Shown here in pieces: positions 28,659 to 38,204 of a DNA stretch of 42,839 nucleotides. The translations under genes were made by a program, and so were the position numbers. This DNA is from a virus (taxonomy: Duplodnaviria; Heunggongvirae; Uroviricota; Caudoviricetes), in IMG/VR virus record IMGVR_UViG_2870464427_000004, positions 1-42,839 of that record; one strand, given 5' to 3'. The notes beneath the pieces are model-generated. The model was given only the letters and a program-made list of their open reading frames with translations, made no database searches and was not told the DNA's origin. Every line of letters starts with the position of its first letter. Position 1 is the first letter of the stretch.

Positions 28659-28883
28659 TTACACCTTTTGCTGCTCTGAATTTTCGCCGTTTAATAGCCA
28701 GTCAGGATCGCATTTCAGAACTTTTGCCAATTCAAGGATGAAACCGGTACGGGTAGCGCGTCCGGACTCAAGGTATTGAACAGACTGCTGGCGCATGCCA
28801 ACACTTTTAGCCAATGAAGTTTGGGTTATACCTAAGGCTTTGCGGCGCTCCTTTATACGTGAAGCAAGGGTAGAACTGGTCAT
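28659..28883 (-). CDS. Cro-like HTH transcriptional regulator (XRE family)
   Basis: HTH segment LGITQTSLAKSVGMRQQSVQYLESG; divergent from CI-like repressor; start ATG 28883 with GAGGG RBS (ORF track extends to 28946). Confidence 0.7.
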   Translation of the reverse strand: MTSSTLASRIKERRKALGITQTSLAKSVGMRQQSVQYLESGRATRTGFILELAKVLKCDPDWLLNGENSEQQKV

Positions 28884-28900
28884 TGAGTAAGCCCTCATTA

Positions 28901-28963
28901 TTACAGGTTTACTTGTAATTACCTCACAGGCAACCTTGTTTGTCAAATACAGAAGTATCTGTA
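28901..28963. promoter_or_regulatory. Operator palindromes in cI/cro intergenic region
   Basis: TTACAGGTTTACTTGTAA (28901..28918) and TACAGAAGTATCTGTA (28948..28963); candidate -35 TTGTCA / -10 TAATCA for the cI side. Confidence 0.5.
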
Positions 28964-28990
28964 ATCATCAATGACAGAAAAGGAGTCAAC

Positions 28991-29620
28991 ATGAATCTTG
29001 CCAACCGAGCTAAAAAACGCAGAACAGAACTAAACTTAACTCAGGTCGAAGTTGCGAAACGAGCAGGCATTAGCCAGCAGTCGATTGAAGCTATAGAGAA
29101 TGGGAAAACACTTAAACCACGCAATCTTCTTGCTTTAGCGTCAGCTCTTGAATGCGATCCTAAATGGCTACTTCTTGGGGGCGATGTTGTTACAGATTTC
29201 AACTACGGAGCTCGAAGGGTGCCTGTTCTAAGCTACGTACAAGCCGGGGCTTTCACAAGCGCTGAGCTACTTCGTGAAGAAGGTGATTTCGAATACATTC
29301 TCACCACGGCTGAGCTATCAGAAAGTTCATTTGCGCTACGTATACGTGGGGATTCAATGGAACCTGAATTTAAAGAGGGGGACATCGTTATAATTGACAC
29401 TGACGTATACCCTACTCCTGGTGAATTCGTTGCGGCATGTAACGGTAGCCACGAAGCAACGTTCAAAAAATACCGCCCGGTAGGGATTGGCGCTAAAGGT
29501 GAGGAAGACTTTGAACTTGTTCCATTGAATAGTGATTACCCTATTTGTCGCTCCTGGGAAAAACCAATTAAGATCATAGGGACAATGGTAGAACATCGCA
29601 TATTCCGCAGAAAAAGATAA
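28991..29620 (+). CDS. CI-like repressor (HTH plus LexA/S24 peptidase-like autocleavage domain)
   Basis: HTH LNLTQVEVAKRAGISQQSIEAIENG; C-terminal GDSMEP and FKKY Ser-Lys dyad context; start ATG 28991 with AAAGGAG RBS. Confidence 0.85.
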   Translation: MNLANRAKKRRTELNLTQVEVAKRAGISQQSIEAIENGKTLKPRNLLALASALECDPKWLLLGGDVVTDFNYGARRVPVLSYVQAGAFTSAELLREEGDFEYILTTAELSESSFALRIRGDSMEPEFKEGDIVIIDTDVYPTPGEFVAACNGSHEATFKKYRPVGIGAKGEEDFELVPLNSDYPICRSWEKPIKIIGTMVEHRIFRRKR

Positions 29621-29642
29621 TCGCATCCTGACTACTAAACAA

Positions 29643-29666
29643 AGAGGGCTTAGGCCCTCTTTTTTA
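29643..29666 (+). terminator. Rho-independent terminator after cI
   Basis: agagggc-ttag-gccctct stem followed by TTTTTT. Confidence 0.75.
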
Positions 29667-29722
29667 TTACCCGTAAAAACAAGTAATTAGGTTAATAATG
29701 CATTTTATTACCAAAATACCTG

Positions 29723-29752
29723 TTGACGCATTTACAGGTTTGCTTGTATTTT
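29723..29752 (+). promoter_or_regulatory. Candidate repressor-controlled promoter (-35 TTGACG) overlapping a second operator copy
   Basis: TTACAGGTTTGCTTGTA at 29732..29748 matches the operator at 28901..28918 at 16 of 17 positions. Confidence 0.45.
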
Positions 29753-29996
29753 TAATCGCAATAAGTAATCGCTCTTTAACAAACTGAACCGCGTGACAGG
29801 TAAGCCGCAGTACTCCTGGCAAAATGAAATGGCACCCGATGGGATCGAGGTAAGCGCCGAGTCCGTATGCGTACGGTAAGCGTAGAGGACAACACCGCGA
29901 CGAACTGATAAGTCACGCAAGTTGAAACGCCCCGACGATGGGGCGCTTAGTTCCTTTAACTCTGGGTGGCCGGAAGGGTACCCATGCTTAAAGAAA

Positions 29997-30566
29997 TTAC
30001 TGGTTGTAAGGATCGTAATCCGTGATTGCCTTCCCCGGATTTTCATCTTCAGAAGGCAGTCGGGCCTCTAAAGCATTTCGGTTGAACAGATAGGAAGCCC
30101 TACAGTACGAACAAACCATATTAACGGCTCGCCCAAGGCCTGGCTTAGTAACCAGACCTTCCGCTTGCAATATAGATTTTCTCTTTTGCTCGTAGCAATT
30201 GGGACAAATATAAACCGGAGATTGGTCAGCATCTGCAGAAAGCTTGCTGCGATAGACCAGAGTACCCCGCATAGGCTGGTAAAGTTCATAGCTCGCCGCT
30301 TCAGCGGCCCAGTTCTCTTGCTTTACTTTCTCATTTTCCAGTTCAACAATTTTCTCCTTAGCCGCAATCAGCAGCTCCTGAAGCGACATTTGCTGCATCT
30401 GAACATCCATTAGCTTATCGAGTAAGATGTGCGTCTTCTCTTTAACTGCATAGTCGACAGTCAGATTCTGAATCTCTCTTGCTGCTCCAACCGCGCTTTT
30501 AATTGCTCCTCCCACGCCGGATAACGATTCAGTTATCCGGGAAAGAATTCCTTTTTCTTCAGACAT
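29997..30566 (-). CDS. Hypothetical zinc-ribbon protein (CPNC ... CSYC) adjacent to immunity region
   Basis: 189 aa, coiled-coil N-terminal half, two CxxC pairs; convergent with cI; GAGAGAGA RBS. Confidence 0.6.
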   Translation of the reverse strand: MSEEKGILSRITESLSGVGGAIKSAVGAAREIQNLTVDYAVKEKTHILLDKLMDVQMQQMSLQELLIAAKEKIVELENEKVKQENWAAEAASYELYQPMRGTLVYRSKLSADADQSPVYICPNCYEQKRKSILQAEGLVTKPGLGRAVNMVCSYCRASYLFNRNALEARLPSEDENPGKAITDYDPYNQ

Positions 30567-30705
30567 ATCTAATCTCTCTCAAACTGTAGGGGTGAAGAGA
30601 TATTAGACGATTTCTCACTGTAGGGGTACAAGGAGAACCACCTCGCCTGATGTGGTTAAAAGCAGGCACTCGATGATATCCATGTAATTGCTGTATGTAG
30701 TCTTT

Positions 30706-30731
30706 GCCCGCCTCAAGTGACGGGCTTTTTT
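30706..30731 (+). terminator. Possible intrinsic terminator upstream of early operon
   Basis: gcccg...cgggc stem followed by TTTTTT; short stem, moderate confidence. Confidence 0.4.
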
Positions 30732-30790
30732 ATGTCTGAAAGCGCACTCGCAACAGCGTGCTCCCCGATATGAAAAAAGGAATACAACCG

Positions 30791-30940
30791 ATGAAACCTG
30801 AACACATCCATCGACTGACGGGGCGCGATGTTCTCCGTTATCGCCGTAAAAACTTCGATTTGATGACCGGTCTGGCCGTTGCCACTGCGCTCGGTCTGAT
30901 CATCACTTTCATTCTCCTTGTGGCGAGGACCACAGTATGA
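30791..30940 (+). CDS. Small membrane protein (49 aa) at head of early operon
   Basis: AGGA RBS 10 nt upstream of ATG 30791; C-terminal TM helix LAVATALGLIITFILLV; ORF track start 30758 is GTG. Confidence 0.5.
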   Translation: MKPEHIHRLTGRDVLRYRRKNFDLMTGLAVATALGLIITFILLVARTTV

Positions 30941-31839
30941 GTTTAGAAACCAGTCTCGAACTTAATAATCAACTTCTAGCACAACATAATGCGCTGCTTG
31001 AACGTCTTATCCGCACAATGGCATCAGGTATTGTTATGCATCCTGACACGATTTCACGAGTGCAGGAATGTCGGGATACAGCAACTGAAGCTGAAAACAT
31101 GTCAGCGGCAATGACACTGGATGATCTGGAGTTCAGCGACGTTATCGCACTGGCTGTTTTCTACCCGGTAGCCACCCCTATCACAGAAGACATGCTGCAA
31201 CGTGCTGTTGCCTACCGTGATGCTGAAGGCGATAAACGAGTAGTTCAGATTGATGCTCTCGACAGCGCATTACAGGGCGTCAAACGAGCCAGGGCGCTGC
31301 TTAAACCTGCTCTCCTGGACCTGTCCCGTAACATTCTTAAGTTCTGGGACGACCTGCCAACCATCGGCGAGCGACGTGCTTTTGCCGAGCAGCTACTTGA
31401 TGCACCTGCAGATGGGCGTGATGAAGTTAAGCCGAAAAAGGCCAGTAACAAAGATGGAGAACGCACGGGGCCGTTTTACGTCAAAAATGTATCCGGCACA
31501 GCAGCCAGTGAACTCCACACCTTACGCAAGTTGAACGAGATGCTTAAAAAAGGCCATATCGAGATCAACCGTGTTGAGTACCTTCAGCTGCAGGAAGAAT
31601 TTGCACGCAGAGACGCAGCAAATTCCAGCCAGAATAATGACGCCAAAGATGACCATACAATTGATTTCGCGGCACTACGCAAACAAGCTGAAGGGTTGAT
31701 CCTCCAGTTAGCAAAAGGGGGTTACCGGGCAGAAGCTATTGCAATTCTGGAAAAACAGGGAGCCAGGAAACTTGGTGAAGTAACGGATGAAAATCTCGCT
31801 GAAGTAATCACCCTGGCTGAAAAAGCACTGGAGGGTTAA
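30937..31839 (+). CDS. Hypothetical early protein
   Basis: 300 aa, translationally coupled to flanking genes. Confidence 0.55.
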   Translation: MSLETSLELNNQLLAQHNALLERLIRTMASGIVMHPDTISRVQECRDTATEAENMSAAMTLDDLEFSDVIALAVFYPVATPITEDMLQRAVAYRDAEGDKRVVQIDALDSALQGVKRARALLKPALLDLSRNILKFWDDLPTIGERRAFAEQLLDAPADGRDEVKPKKASNKDGERTGPFYVKNVSGTAASELHTLRKLNEMLKKGHIEINRVEYLQLQEEFARRDAANSSQNNDAKDDHTIDFAALRKQAEGLILQLAKGGYRAEAIAILEKQGARKLGEVTDENLAEVITLAEKALEG

Positions 31840-31841
31840 TC

Positions 31842-33143
31842 ATGCCAGACGTTCATGCACAACTTTCTCCATCATCAGCGCATCGATGGATGCGCTGCCC
31901 AGGAAGTCTGGCGCTGGAGGCCACACAACCGGATAAAGAAACAACTTTTGCAATCGAGGGCACTGCAGCGCACGCGCTTGCTGAAAAAGTTCTACGAAAC
32001 AGGCAAAGCCACCCGGAACACTACGCCGGATGCAATGTTTCTATGTTTCTCGGCTCATACCCCCTTCGCGAAAATCCTGATGATACATCTGGCCCACAGG
32101 TGGATGATGAAATGGTCGAAGCCGTTGGCCGGTATGTTGATACGGTCTGGACTCTTGCACAGAATAATGAACTATTGGTTGAACAACGTGTTGATTTCTC
32201 ACATATAACGGGTGTGGAAGAATCTTTCGGAACTGCCGACAGCATAATCATTGCTGGTAGCGAATTACAAATCCACGACCTGAAATATGGCAAAGGCGTC
32301 CGCATTGATGCAGAACAAAATGAGCAACTACAACTGTATGCTCTGGGTGCGCTCGAACAATTCAGCATGCTGTATGACTTTGAGACTGTAAGATTATTTA
32401 TTCACCAGCCGCGGCTTAACCACGTTTCAGAGTGGGCTCTGACGGTGGAAGAGCTCCAGGCGTTCGGTGAACGGGCACAGGAGGCCGCAACCAGTGCGAT
32501 CCTTGTTCTCAATATTGCTGAATGCGAAGGCATTGAGACACTACCGCTGGAAAACTTCATACCTGGAGAAAAACAGTGCCGCTTCTGTAAAGCAAAAGCT
32601 ATTTGCACTGCCCAGAAAATGCAGCATTTACAAACAGCGGCCAGCGACTTTGAAGATCTGACAAAGCCTGTCAGCGAAATAATCACCAATGCCAGCGCAC
32701 GTGTACCTCTGTTAACCATTGAGCAGCTTGCGGAGATCTATAGCCAGGCCGACTTTATTGAGTCCTGGCTAAAGGCAGTACGGGACCGGGTTCACAATGA
32801 ACTCAATGCCGGACATCCGGTACCGGGGTTTAAACTGGTAACAGGAAAACAAGGTAACCGGGCCTGGAGTGATGAAGAGGCAGCTCGCGCACTTCTGAAG
32901 GACCAGTTCAGGTACAAAACTGAAGAAGTATTCGACTTTAAACTTATTAGTCCCACAAAAGCCGAAAAACTTATCAAAAAGGCCAGTCCACGCCGTTGGT
33001 CAAAAGTCGAGGCACTGATAACACGAGCTGATGGTAAACCAACCGTCGTTCCCGAGTCAGACCCACGCCCCGCACTCAATATCAACCCTGTAAATGATTT
33101 CGACGACGTATCCGACGATACGCTAACCGCAGACCTCATCTGA
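31842..33143 (+). CDS. PD-(D/E)XK nuclease, Cas4-like (DUF2800-type phage exonuclease)
   Basis: N-terminal [22 protein letters not shown] nuclease motif, C-terminal Cys cluster [10 protein letters not shown]. Confidence 0.7.
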   Translation: MPDVHAQLSPSSAHRWMRCPGSLALEATQPDKETTFAIEGTAAHALAEKVLRNRQSHPEHYAGCNVSMFLGSYPLRENPDDTSGPQVDDEMVEAVGRYVDTVWTLAQNNELLVEQRVDFSHITGVEESFGTADSIIIAGSELQIHDLKYGKGVRIDAEQNEQLQLYALGALEQFSMLYDFETVRLFIHQPRLNHVSEWALTVEELQAFGERAQEAATSAILVLNIAECEGIETLPLENFIPGEKQCRFCKAKAICTAQKMQHLQTAASDFEDLTKPVSEIITNASARVPLLTIEQLAEIYSQADFIESWLKAVRDRVHNELNAGHPVPGFKLVTGKQGNRAWSDEEAARALLKDQFRYKTEEVFDFKLISPTKAEKLIKKASPRRWSKVEALITRADGKPTVVPESDPRPALNINPVNDFDDVSDDTLTADLI

Positions 33144-33158
33144 TTTAAGGAAATACCC

Positions 33159-33707
33159 ATGAAACTGAAGCTGAACAATGTTCGTCTGGCCTTCCCGTCT
33201 CTGTTTGAAGCTAAAACTGTAAACGGCGAAGGCGATCCGCGTTTCTCCGCAGTATTTTTAATGTCTCCCAAACACCCACAACTGGAAGAAATCCGTAAAG
33301 CTATGAAGCAGGTAGCGAAGGAAAAATGGGGAGAGAAGTGGGAGCCCATTTATAACCAGCTGGAGAAAAAACTCAATCTGTGCCTGCATGATGGTGATGA
33401 AAAAGCAGAGTATGAAGGCTTCCCCGGTAATTTCTTCCTGAATGCTGCTAACAAAGCGCGCCCAGCTGTTCTTGATCGCGATCGTTCGCCACTTATTCAG
33501 GCTGACGGACGTCCCTATGCAGGGTGCTATGTAAACGCCGTTATCGATATCTGGGCACAGGACAATAATTTCGGTAAACGCATTAATGCCTCACTCGGCG
33601 GAGTCCAGTTCCTGCGAGACGGCGATGCATTTGCTGGCGGCGGAGTGGCAAGCGCTGACGATTTCGACGATATCAGCGAAGGTGCTGATGCTGAAGCACT
33701 AATTTAA
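33159..33707 (+). CDS. DUF2815-like phage protein (putative ssDNA-binding)
   Basis: 182 aa, acidic C-terminal tail DDFDDISEGADAEALI typical of SSB-like proteins; conserved position after the nuclease. Confidence 0.55.
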   Translation: MKLKLNNVRLAFPSLFEAKTVNGEGDPRFSAVFLMSPKHPQLEEIRKAMKQVAKEKWGEKWEPIYNQLEKKLNLCLHDGDEKAEYEGFPGNFFLNAANKARPAVLDRDRSPLIQADGRPYAGCYVNAVIDIWAQDNNFGKRINASLGGVQFLRDGDAFAGGGVASADDFDDISEGADAEALI

Positions 33708-33728
33708 AAATATTCATCCCCCAGCTAC

Positions 33729-34397
33729 GTGCTGGGGTATCTCATGAGGGAAAGAATAATGTCACAGCCCGTATTAACTAATCACCTTAAAACTCAAATC
33801 ATCAATAACGCACTTGAGAAAGCGGGTATCCCCAAACGTAAATCAGCACTACGAGCTGCTCGTGTTGAATGGGCCGAACGTGTTCGGCTTGCAGCTATCG
33901 GGGGCGTAGAGAAAGAAGCTGAAATATTAAAAATTATAAAAAAAATAGAAATACTGGTATCAAAAGTCCCCGAAGCATTAAAAACCGCCAATAATATTAT
34001 CAGGAAAGAGTGTTACATGTGTCTGAATCTGGCAGGTTCTCGGGTTACCGTCTATTTCAACGGTAACTATCGAGGATATGAATCAGGGTCACCAGACCAT
34101 ATTCACAAAATCGCGCCGGGGGAATTTACCCTTCTGGCAAATGACCCTCTAGTTACAGAGTTTTACGGGTTTGATGCACTTTATGAGCAGATACAGAGCG
34201 ATGAGTCAGACATTCGACAGAATGTCAGCGCTGCACTCAGTAAAGTGCGCACAGTTAAGCGCCTGCTGGAAGAGTGGCCTGAAGCTAAAGAACTTCTGCC
34301 AGCCGATGCACCATCTGCTCCGCTTCCGCCAGCTATACGACGCGAAACTCTCAACGAAATGATCGGCCTCCCTTCTGACGAAGGGGTAGATGCTTAA
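33729..34397 (+). CDS. Hypothetical early protein
   Basis: 222 aa ORF; start uncertain. Confidence 0.5.
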   Translation: MLGYLMRERIMSQPVLTNHLKTQIINNALEKAGIPKRKSALRAARVEWAERVRLAAIGGVEKEAEILKIIKKIEILVSKVPEALKTANNIIRKECYMCLNLAGSRVTVYFNGNYRGYESGSPDHIHKIAPGEFTLLANDPLVTEFYGFDALYEQIQSDESDIRQNVSAALSKVRTVKRLLEEWPEAKELLPADAPSAPLPPAIRRETLNEMIGLPSDEGVDA

Positions 34398-34464
34398 TAT
34401 TTCTTATAACAAAGGCTGGCTTAAGAAAATAGTTATCCAAACCAGCCTACCGCAATACTAAAAA

Positions 34465-34734
34465 TTAAAATTCATTGAATTTAAAAAGACATTTCCCTAT
34501 TGGATTGCCATAGTCTCTACATGCCGAAATGCTGTCCCATACAGGCTGAGCCAAACACCCAAGAAAGAACCCAATAAGCGCAAAAATTATAATTTTGGGA
34601 AGAACACGATCCTTAGGACCTTCTTCACGTTCGAGCCATGCGCCACCAGCCCGAACTATTCTCCCTAAAATATAAAGAATGGGGAAAGCAATAATACCTA
34701 TCAATGAAAGTATTCCGATACCAAAGCTAAACAC
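34465..34734 (-). CDS. Small membrane protein (two predicted TM helices), opposite-strand accessory gene
   Basis: 89 aa, hydrophobic segments GIGILSLIGIIAFPILYIL and IIIFALIGFFLGCL; AT-rich by eye. Confidence 0.55.
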   Translation of the reverse strand: MFSFGIGILSLIGIIAFPILYILGRIVRAGGAWLEREEGPKDRVLPKIIIFALIGFFLGCLAQPVWDSISACRDYGNPIGKCLFKFNEF

Positions 34735-34790
34735 CGCCGTCTCCTTGTTTATTTACACCTACATAACCATATATCACACAAGGTTATTTT

Positions 34791-36854
34791 ATGTCCAATA
34801 TACTATGGGGTGACCTAGAAACCTATTGCGAAATCCCTATTACGAACGGTACCCATGCGTATGCCGAAGGCGTTGAAGTGATGCTGTTCGCATGGGCTAT
34901 CAACGACGGGCCCGTAAACGTGTGGGATATCACTGCCGGTAGTGGTATTCCACACGGCTTATACGAAGCAATCGCAGCCCCTGAAACCCTGCTTTATTTT
35001 CATAACTCTCACTTCGACCGCACCGTCCTGCGTTATGCAATGCCGCGACTGGCACCGCCAGTCGAACGTTGGCGCGACACGATGGTGCAGGCGCTGGCGC
35101 ACGGTCTCCCGGGGTCTCTGGGGGAACTCTGCGAAGTACTAGGCGTCCCGCAAGACAAAGCGAAGGACAAAGAAGGTAAAGCGCTGATCCAGCTGTTCTG
35201 TAAGCCACGCCCAAAAAACAGCAAACTGCGTCGGGCCACCAGTAAAACCCACCCGGAAGAATGGCGGCGCTTTGTTGCTTACGCCGGACTGGATATCGAG
35301 GCAATGCGCGAAGTCTGTAAACGTCTGCCGAAGTGGAATTATCAAGGGACAGAGCTGGCGCTCTGGCATCGTGATCAGCAGATCAACGACCGGGGCGTCT
35401 GCATGGACATGCAACTCGCGCGCGCTGCGATCGAAGCGGTAGACCAGGAGCAAAAGCGCCTGGCAAAGCGTACACAGGAAATGACTGATGGCGAAGTGCA
35501 GGCAGCCACACAACGGGACGCGTTGATTAAGCACATTGTTGAATCCTACGGTGTGGAGCTACCGGACATGCAACGCAGTACTCTGGAACGTCGTATTGCC
35601 GACCCCGATTTACCATCTGCCGTGAAAGAACTGCTGGCTATCCGCCTGCAGGCCAGTACTACCAGCACCAGTAAATACAAGGCACTGATGAAAGGCGTAA
35701 GCCACGACGGGCGCTTACGCGGTACGCTACAGTTCTGCGGGGCGTCACGTACCGGTCGTTGGGCCGGACGGCTATTCCAGCCCCAGAACCTTCCCCGCCC
35801 TTCACTAAAACAGGAACAAATAGACGAAGGCATCGAAGCACTGAAAGCCGGATGTGCAGACCTGCTGTTTGACAATATCATGGAACTAACCAGTTCAGCG
35901 TTACGTGGCTGCATTATCGCGCCAACAGGCAAAAAGCTGGTGGTAAGTGACTTGTCGAACATTGAAGGCCGTATGCTGGCATGGCTGGCGGGAGAAGAAT
36001 GGAAACTGAATGCATTCAGAGAGTACGACGCCGGAACGGGTCCGGACTTATATAAACTGGCGTATGCAAAAGCTTTCGATATTGCACCAGATGATGTTGA
36101 TAAACACATGCGTCAGATCGGTAAAGTCATGGAACTCGGTCTGGGTTATGGTGGTGGTGTGTCGGCCTTCATCACTTTTGCACTGGTTTACGGTCTCGAT
36201 CTCGACGAGCTGGCGAACGCCGCACTACCAAACATTCCCCGCGATGTTATCCGCGAGGCGAAAAGCTGGTACGACGAATCGGTTAAACGCAAGTCAACCT
36301 ACGGGCTTTCTGAACGGGTATTTATCGCCTGCGACTCACTTAAACGTCTCTGGCGCCGGGCGCATCCCGCGACCTGTGATTTCTGGTACGAACTGGAGCG
36401 CACCGTCCGCACTGCAATCGCCACACCGCAAAAAACATTGTATTGCGGTTATCTTAAAATCCGCCGCGATGGCGCGTGGCTGCGCATACAGCTACCATCC
36501 GGACGCGCTGTATGCTACCCGTCTCCGGTTATCGAAAAAGGGAATATCACCTACATGGGGGTTAACTCTTATTCGCGTAAATGGCAACGACTCAAAACCT
36601 ACGGCGGAAAGCTGGTGGAGAACATCACCCAGGCGGCCGCCCGCGACATTCTGGCCGGAAACATGCCGCTTATCGAAGATGCCGGTTACAGCATTGTGCT
36701 GACGGTACACGACGAGGTGATCACCGAAGCACCTGACACAGAAGATTTCAACGATAAAGCGCTTTCCGCGCTTCTCTCCACTGACCCCGAATGGGCGCCC
36801 GATATCCCACTGAACGCTGGCGGTTTTGAGGCGTACCACTACCGTAAGGATTAA
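34791..36854 (+). CDS. DNA polymerase, family A (T7-like) with 3'-5' exonuclease domain
   Basis: Exo motif GDLETY; Pol motif A DLSNIE (DxSxxE), motif [12 protein letters not shown], motif C VHDEV. Confidence 0.9.
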   Translation: MSNILWGDLETYCEIPITNGTHAYAEGVEVMLFAWAINDGPVNVWDITAGSGIPHGLYEAIAAPETLLYFHNSHFDRTVLRYAMPRLAPPVERWRDTMVQALAHGLPGSLGELCEVLGVPQDKAKDKEGKALIQLFCKPRPKNSKLRRATSKTHPEEWRRFVAYAGLDIEAMREVCKRLPKWNYQGTELALWHRDQQINDRGVCMDMQLARAAIEAVDQEQKRLAKRTQEMTDGEVQAATQRDALIKHIVESYGVELPDMQRSTLERRIADPDLPSAVKELLAIRLQASTTSTSKYKALMKGVSHDGRLRGTLQFCGASRTGRWAGRLFQPQNLPRPSLKQEQIDEGIEALKAGCADLLFDNIMELTSSALRGCIIAPTGKKLVVSDLSNIEGRMLAWLAGEEWKLNAFREYDAGTGPDLYKLAYAKAFDIAPDDVDKHMRQIGKVMELGLGYGGGVSAFITFALVYGLDLDELANAALPNIPRDVIREAKSWYDESVKRKSTYGLSERVFIACDSLKRLWRRAHPATCDFWYELERTVRTAIATPQKTLYCGYLKIRRDGAWLRIQLPSGRAVCYPSPVIEKGNITYMGVNSYSRKWQRLKTYGGKLVENITQAAARDILAGNMPLIEDAGYSIVLTVHDEVITEAPDTEDFNDKALSALLSTDPEWAPDIPLNAGGFEAYHYRKD

Positions 36855-36859
36855 CTCCT

Positions 36860-37075
36860 ATGTCATTTAAATACCGGGACAATCCACTTTATTACAGGGC
36901 TGCAAGGGAGGCTTTGCGACTTGAACAATCCGGCGAATATGACCGGGCAGCGAAGGTCTGGGCAAAAGCCAACCGCGAATCACATCACGAACTGAATCAG
37001 GAATGGAGTGAACGCAGATCTGATTTTTGCCTGATGCAGAATATGCGTGAAAAGCGTAAGGCGGTCGAAGAATGA
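36860..37075 (+). CDS. Small hypothetical protein
   Basis: 71 aa, coupled to the next gene by ATGA overlap. Confidence 0.45.
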   Translation: MSFKYRDNPLYYRAAREALRLEQSGEYDRAAKVWAKANRESHHELNQEWSERRSDFCLMQNMREKRKAVEE

Positions 37076-37371
37076 TCGTTTACGTTGCCGGGCCGATGAG
37101 CGGTTACGAGCAATTTAACCGCCCGGCTTTTCATTCCGCAGCAAAGAGGCTAACGGACAAGGGATATGTTGTGCTTAACCCCGCAACTTTACCCAATGGT
37201 TTGACACAGGCTCAGTATATGGACATCTGCCTCGCAATGCTTCGCTGTGCCGATACGATTTATATGCTCAAAGAGTGGGAGTACTCTGCTGGCGCACGTG
37301 CAGAAAACGCGTTGGCAGAGAAACTGGAATTGAATGTGCTTTTTGAAGAGTGGGATTCAGATGGCCTATGA
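37072..37371 (+). CDS. DUF4406-like protein (nucleoside 2-deoxyribosyltransferase-like fold, putative)
   Basis: N-terminus MIVYVAGPMSG...VLNPA resembles DUF4406; tentative. Confidence 0.45.
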   Translation: MIVYVAGPMSGYEQFNRPAFHSAAKRLTDKGYVVLNPATLPNGLTQAQYMDICLAMLRCADTIYMLKEWEYSAGARAENALAEKLELNVLFEEWDSDGL

Positions 37372-37630
37372 ACGTGAAAGCCTTATCGAAAAGCACCTCG
37401 TCGCTGAAGTGAAAAAAGCTGGCGGAGTGGCCTTTAAGTTTGTATCTCCCGGTCACCGCTCGGTACCGGATCGCATTGTCCTGCTACCAGGTGGTCGTAT
37501 CGTTTTCGTTGAATGTAAATCTCCCGGCAAGCCACCACGGCCTGACCAATTGCGCGAACATGAACGTCTGCGAAAACTGGGCTTTACCGTAGTGGTGCTG
37601 GATAGCAAGAACCTAGAGAGGATATTATAA
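37361..37630 (+). CDS. VRR-NUC domain nuclease
   Basis: GHRSVPDRIVLLPGGRIVFVECKSPGK matches VRR-NUC catalytic pattern (PD...ExK); start ATG 37361 overlapping upstream stop. Confidence 0.8.
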   Translation: MAYERESLIEKHLVAEVKKAGGVAFKFVSPGHRSVPDRIVLLPGGRIVFVECKSPGKPPRPDQLREHERLRKLGFTVVVLDSKNLERIL

Positions 37631-37634
37631 AAAT

Positions 37635-38204
37635 TTAGTCAATGCCTTTTTGATTGAACTTCTGATTCTCCAGTATGCTTTGCAGCTCAATATTATCATT
37701 TGCAGCGGTTTGTTTATGCTCATGATATTTTTCTTGCGTATAATTTCTTTCTCTTAGTTTCTGTGCGTAATTATTAGAAATAATATCATGACGATCTTGT
37801 AATACTTGTTCAAGTTGACTTTTAAAGTCCTCTATCTTTTCATTAGAAATAACATTTTTGTACTTTTCAATATCACGGCGAAGTTCTTTTTCTTTCTTCT
37901 TATTAATGCTTAATAACTGTCGATTAACGCTACCTAAGGACCATTTAAACCCAATCGACTTTATCCAATGCGCCAGAAACATAGCGCAACTGGGAAGCAT
38001 TAATAAAAGAAATGGCTTTATTGTATTTAAATCAGAACCAATATACGGAAAACGACCGTCCCACGAGGACACCAGTAATGTTAAAAAACCAGTGATGCCA
38101 CCAGCAGCAACATTAGAAATCAGAGGGACTTTTTCGTAGCTATCAGGTTTAGAAGCGCTACTCAAACGTCCCTCCTTTGACTGATCTTCCAGCACGAATG
38201 GCAT
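37635..38204 (-). CDS. Membrane protein with C-terminal coiled-coil (cassette gene 3)
   Basis: 189 aa; two hydrophobic helices then Lys/Glu-rich coiled-coil; very AT-rich; may start at internal Met (38000). Confidence 0.5.
   Translation of the reverse strand: MPFVLEDQSKEGRLSSASKPDSYEKVPLISNVAAGGITGFLTLLVSSWDGRFPYIGSDLNTIKPFLLLMLPSCAMFLAHWIKSIGFKWSLGSVNRQLLSINKKKEKELRRDIEKYKNVISNEKIEDFKSQLEQVLQDRHDIISNNYAQKLRERNYTQEKYHEHKQTAANDNIELQSILENQKFNQKGID

Noticed and set aside
29789-29918. Retron-like msr/msd ncRNA (flanking inverted repeats gcgtgac / gtcacgc, internal hairpins)
   Set aside because: No reverse-transcriptase gene downstream or anywhere in the window; retained only as a generic structured-RNA candidate.
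29732-30046. 104-aa minus-strand ORF in the leader region
   Set aside because: Overlaps the operator/promoter and structured non-coding region; no RBS; likely spurious.
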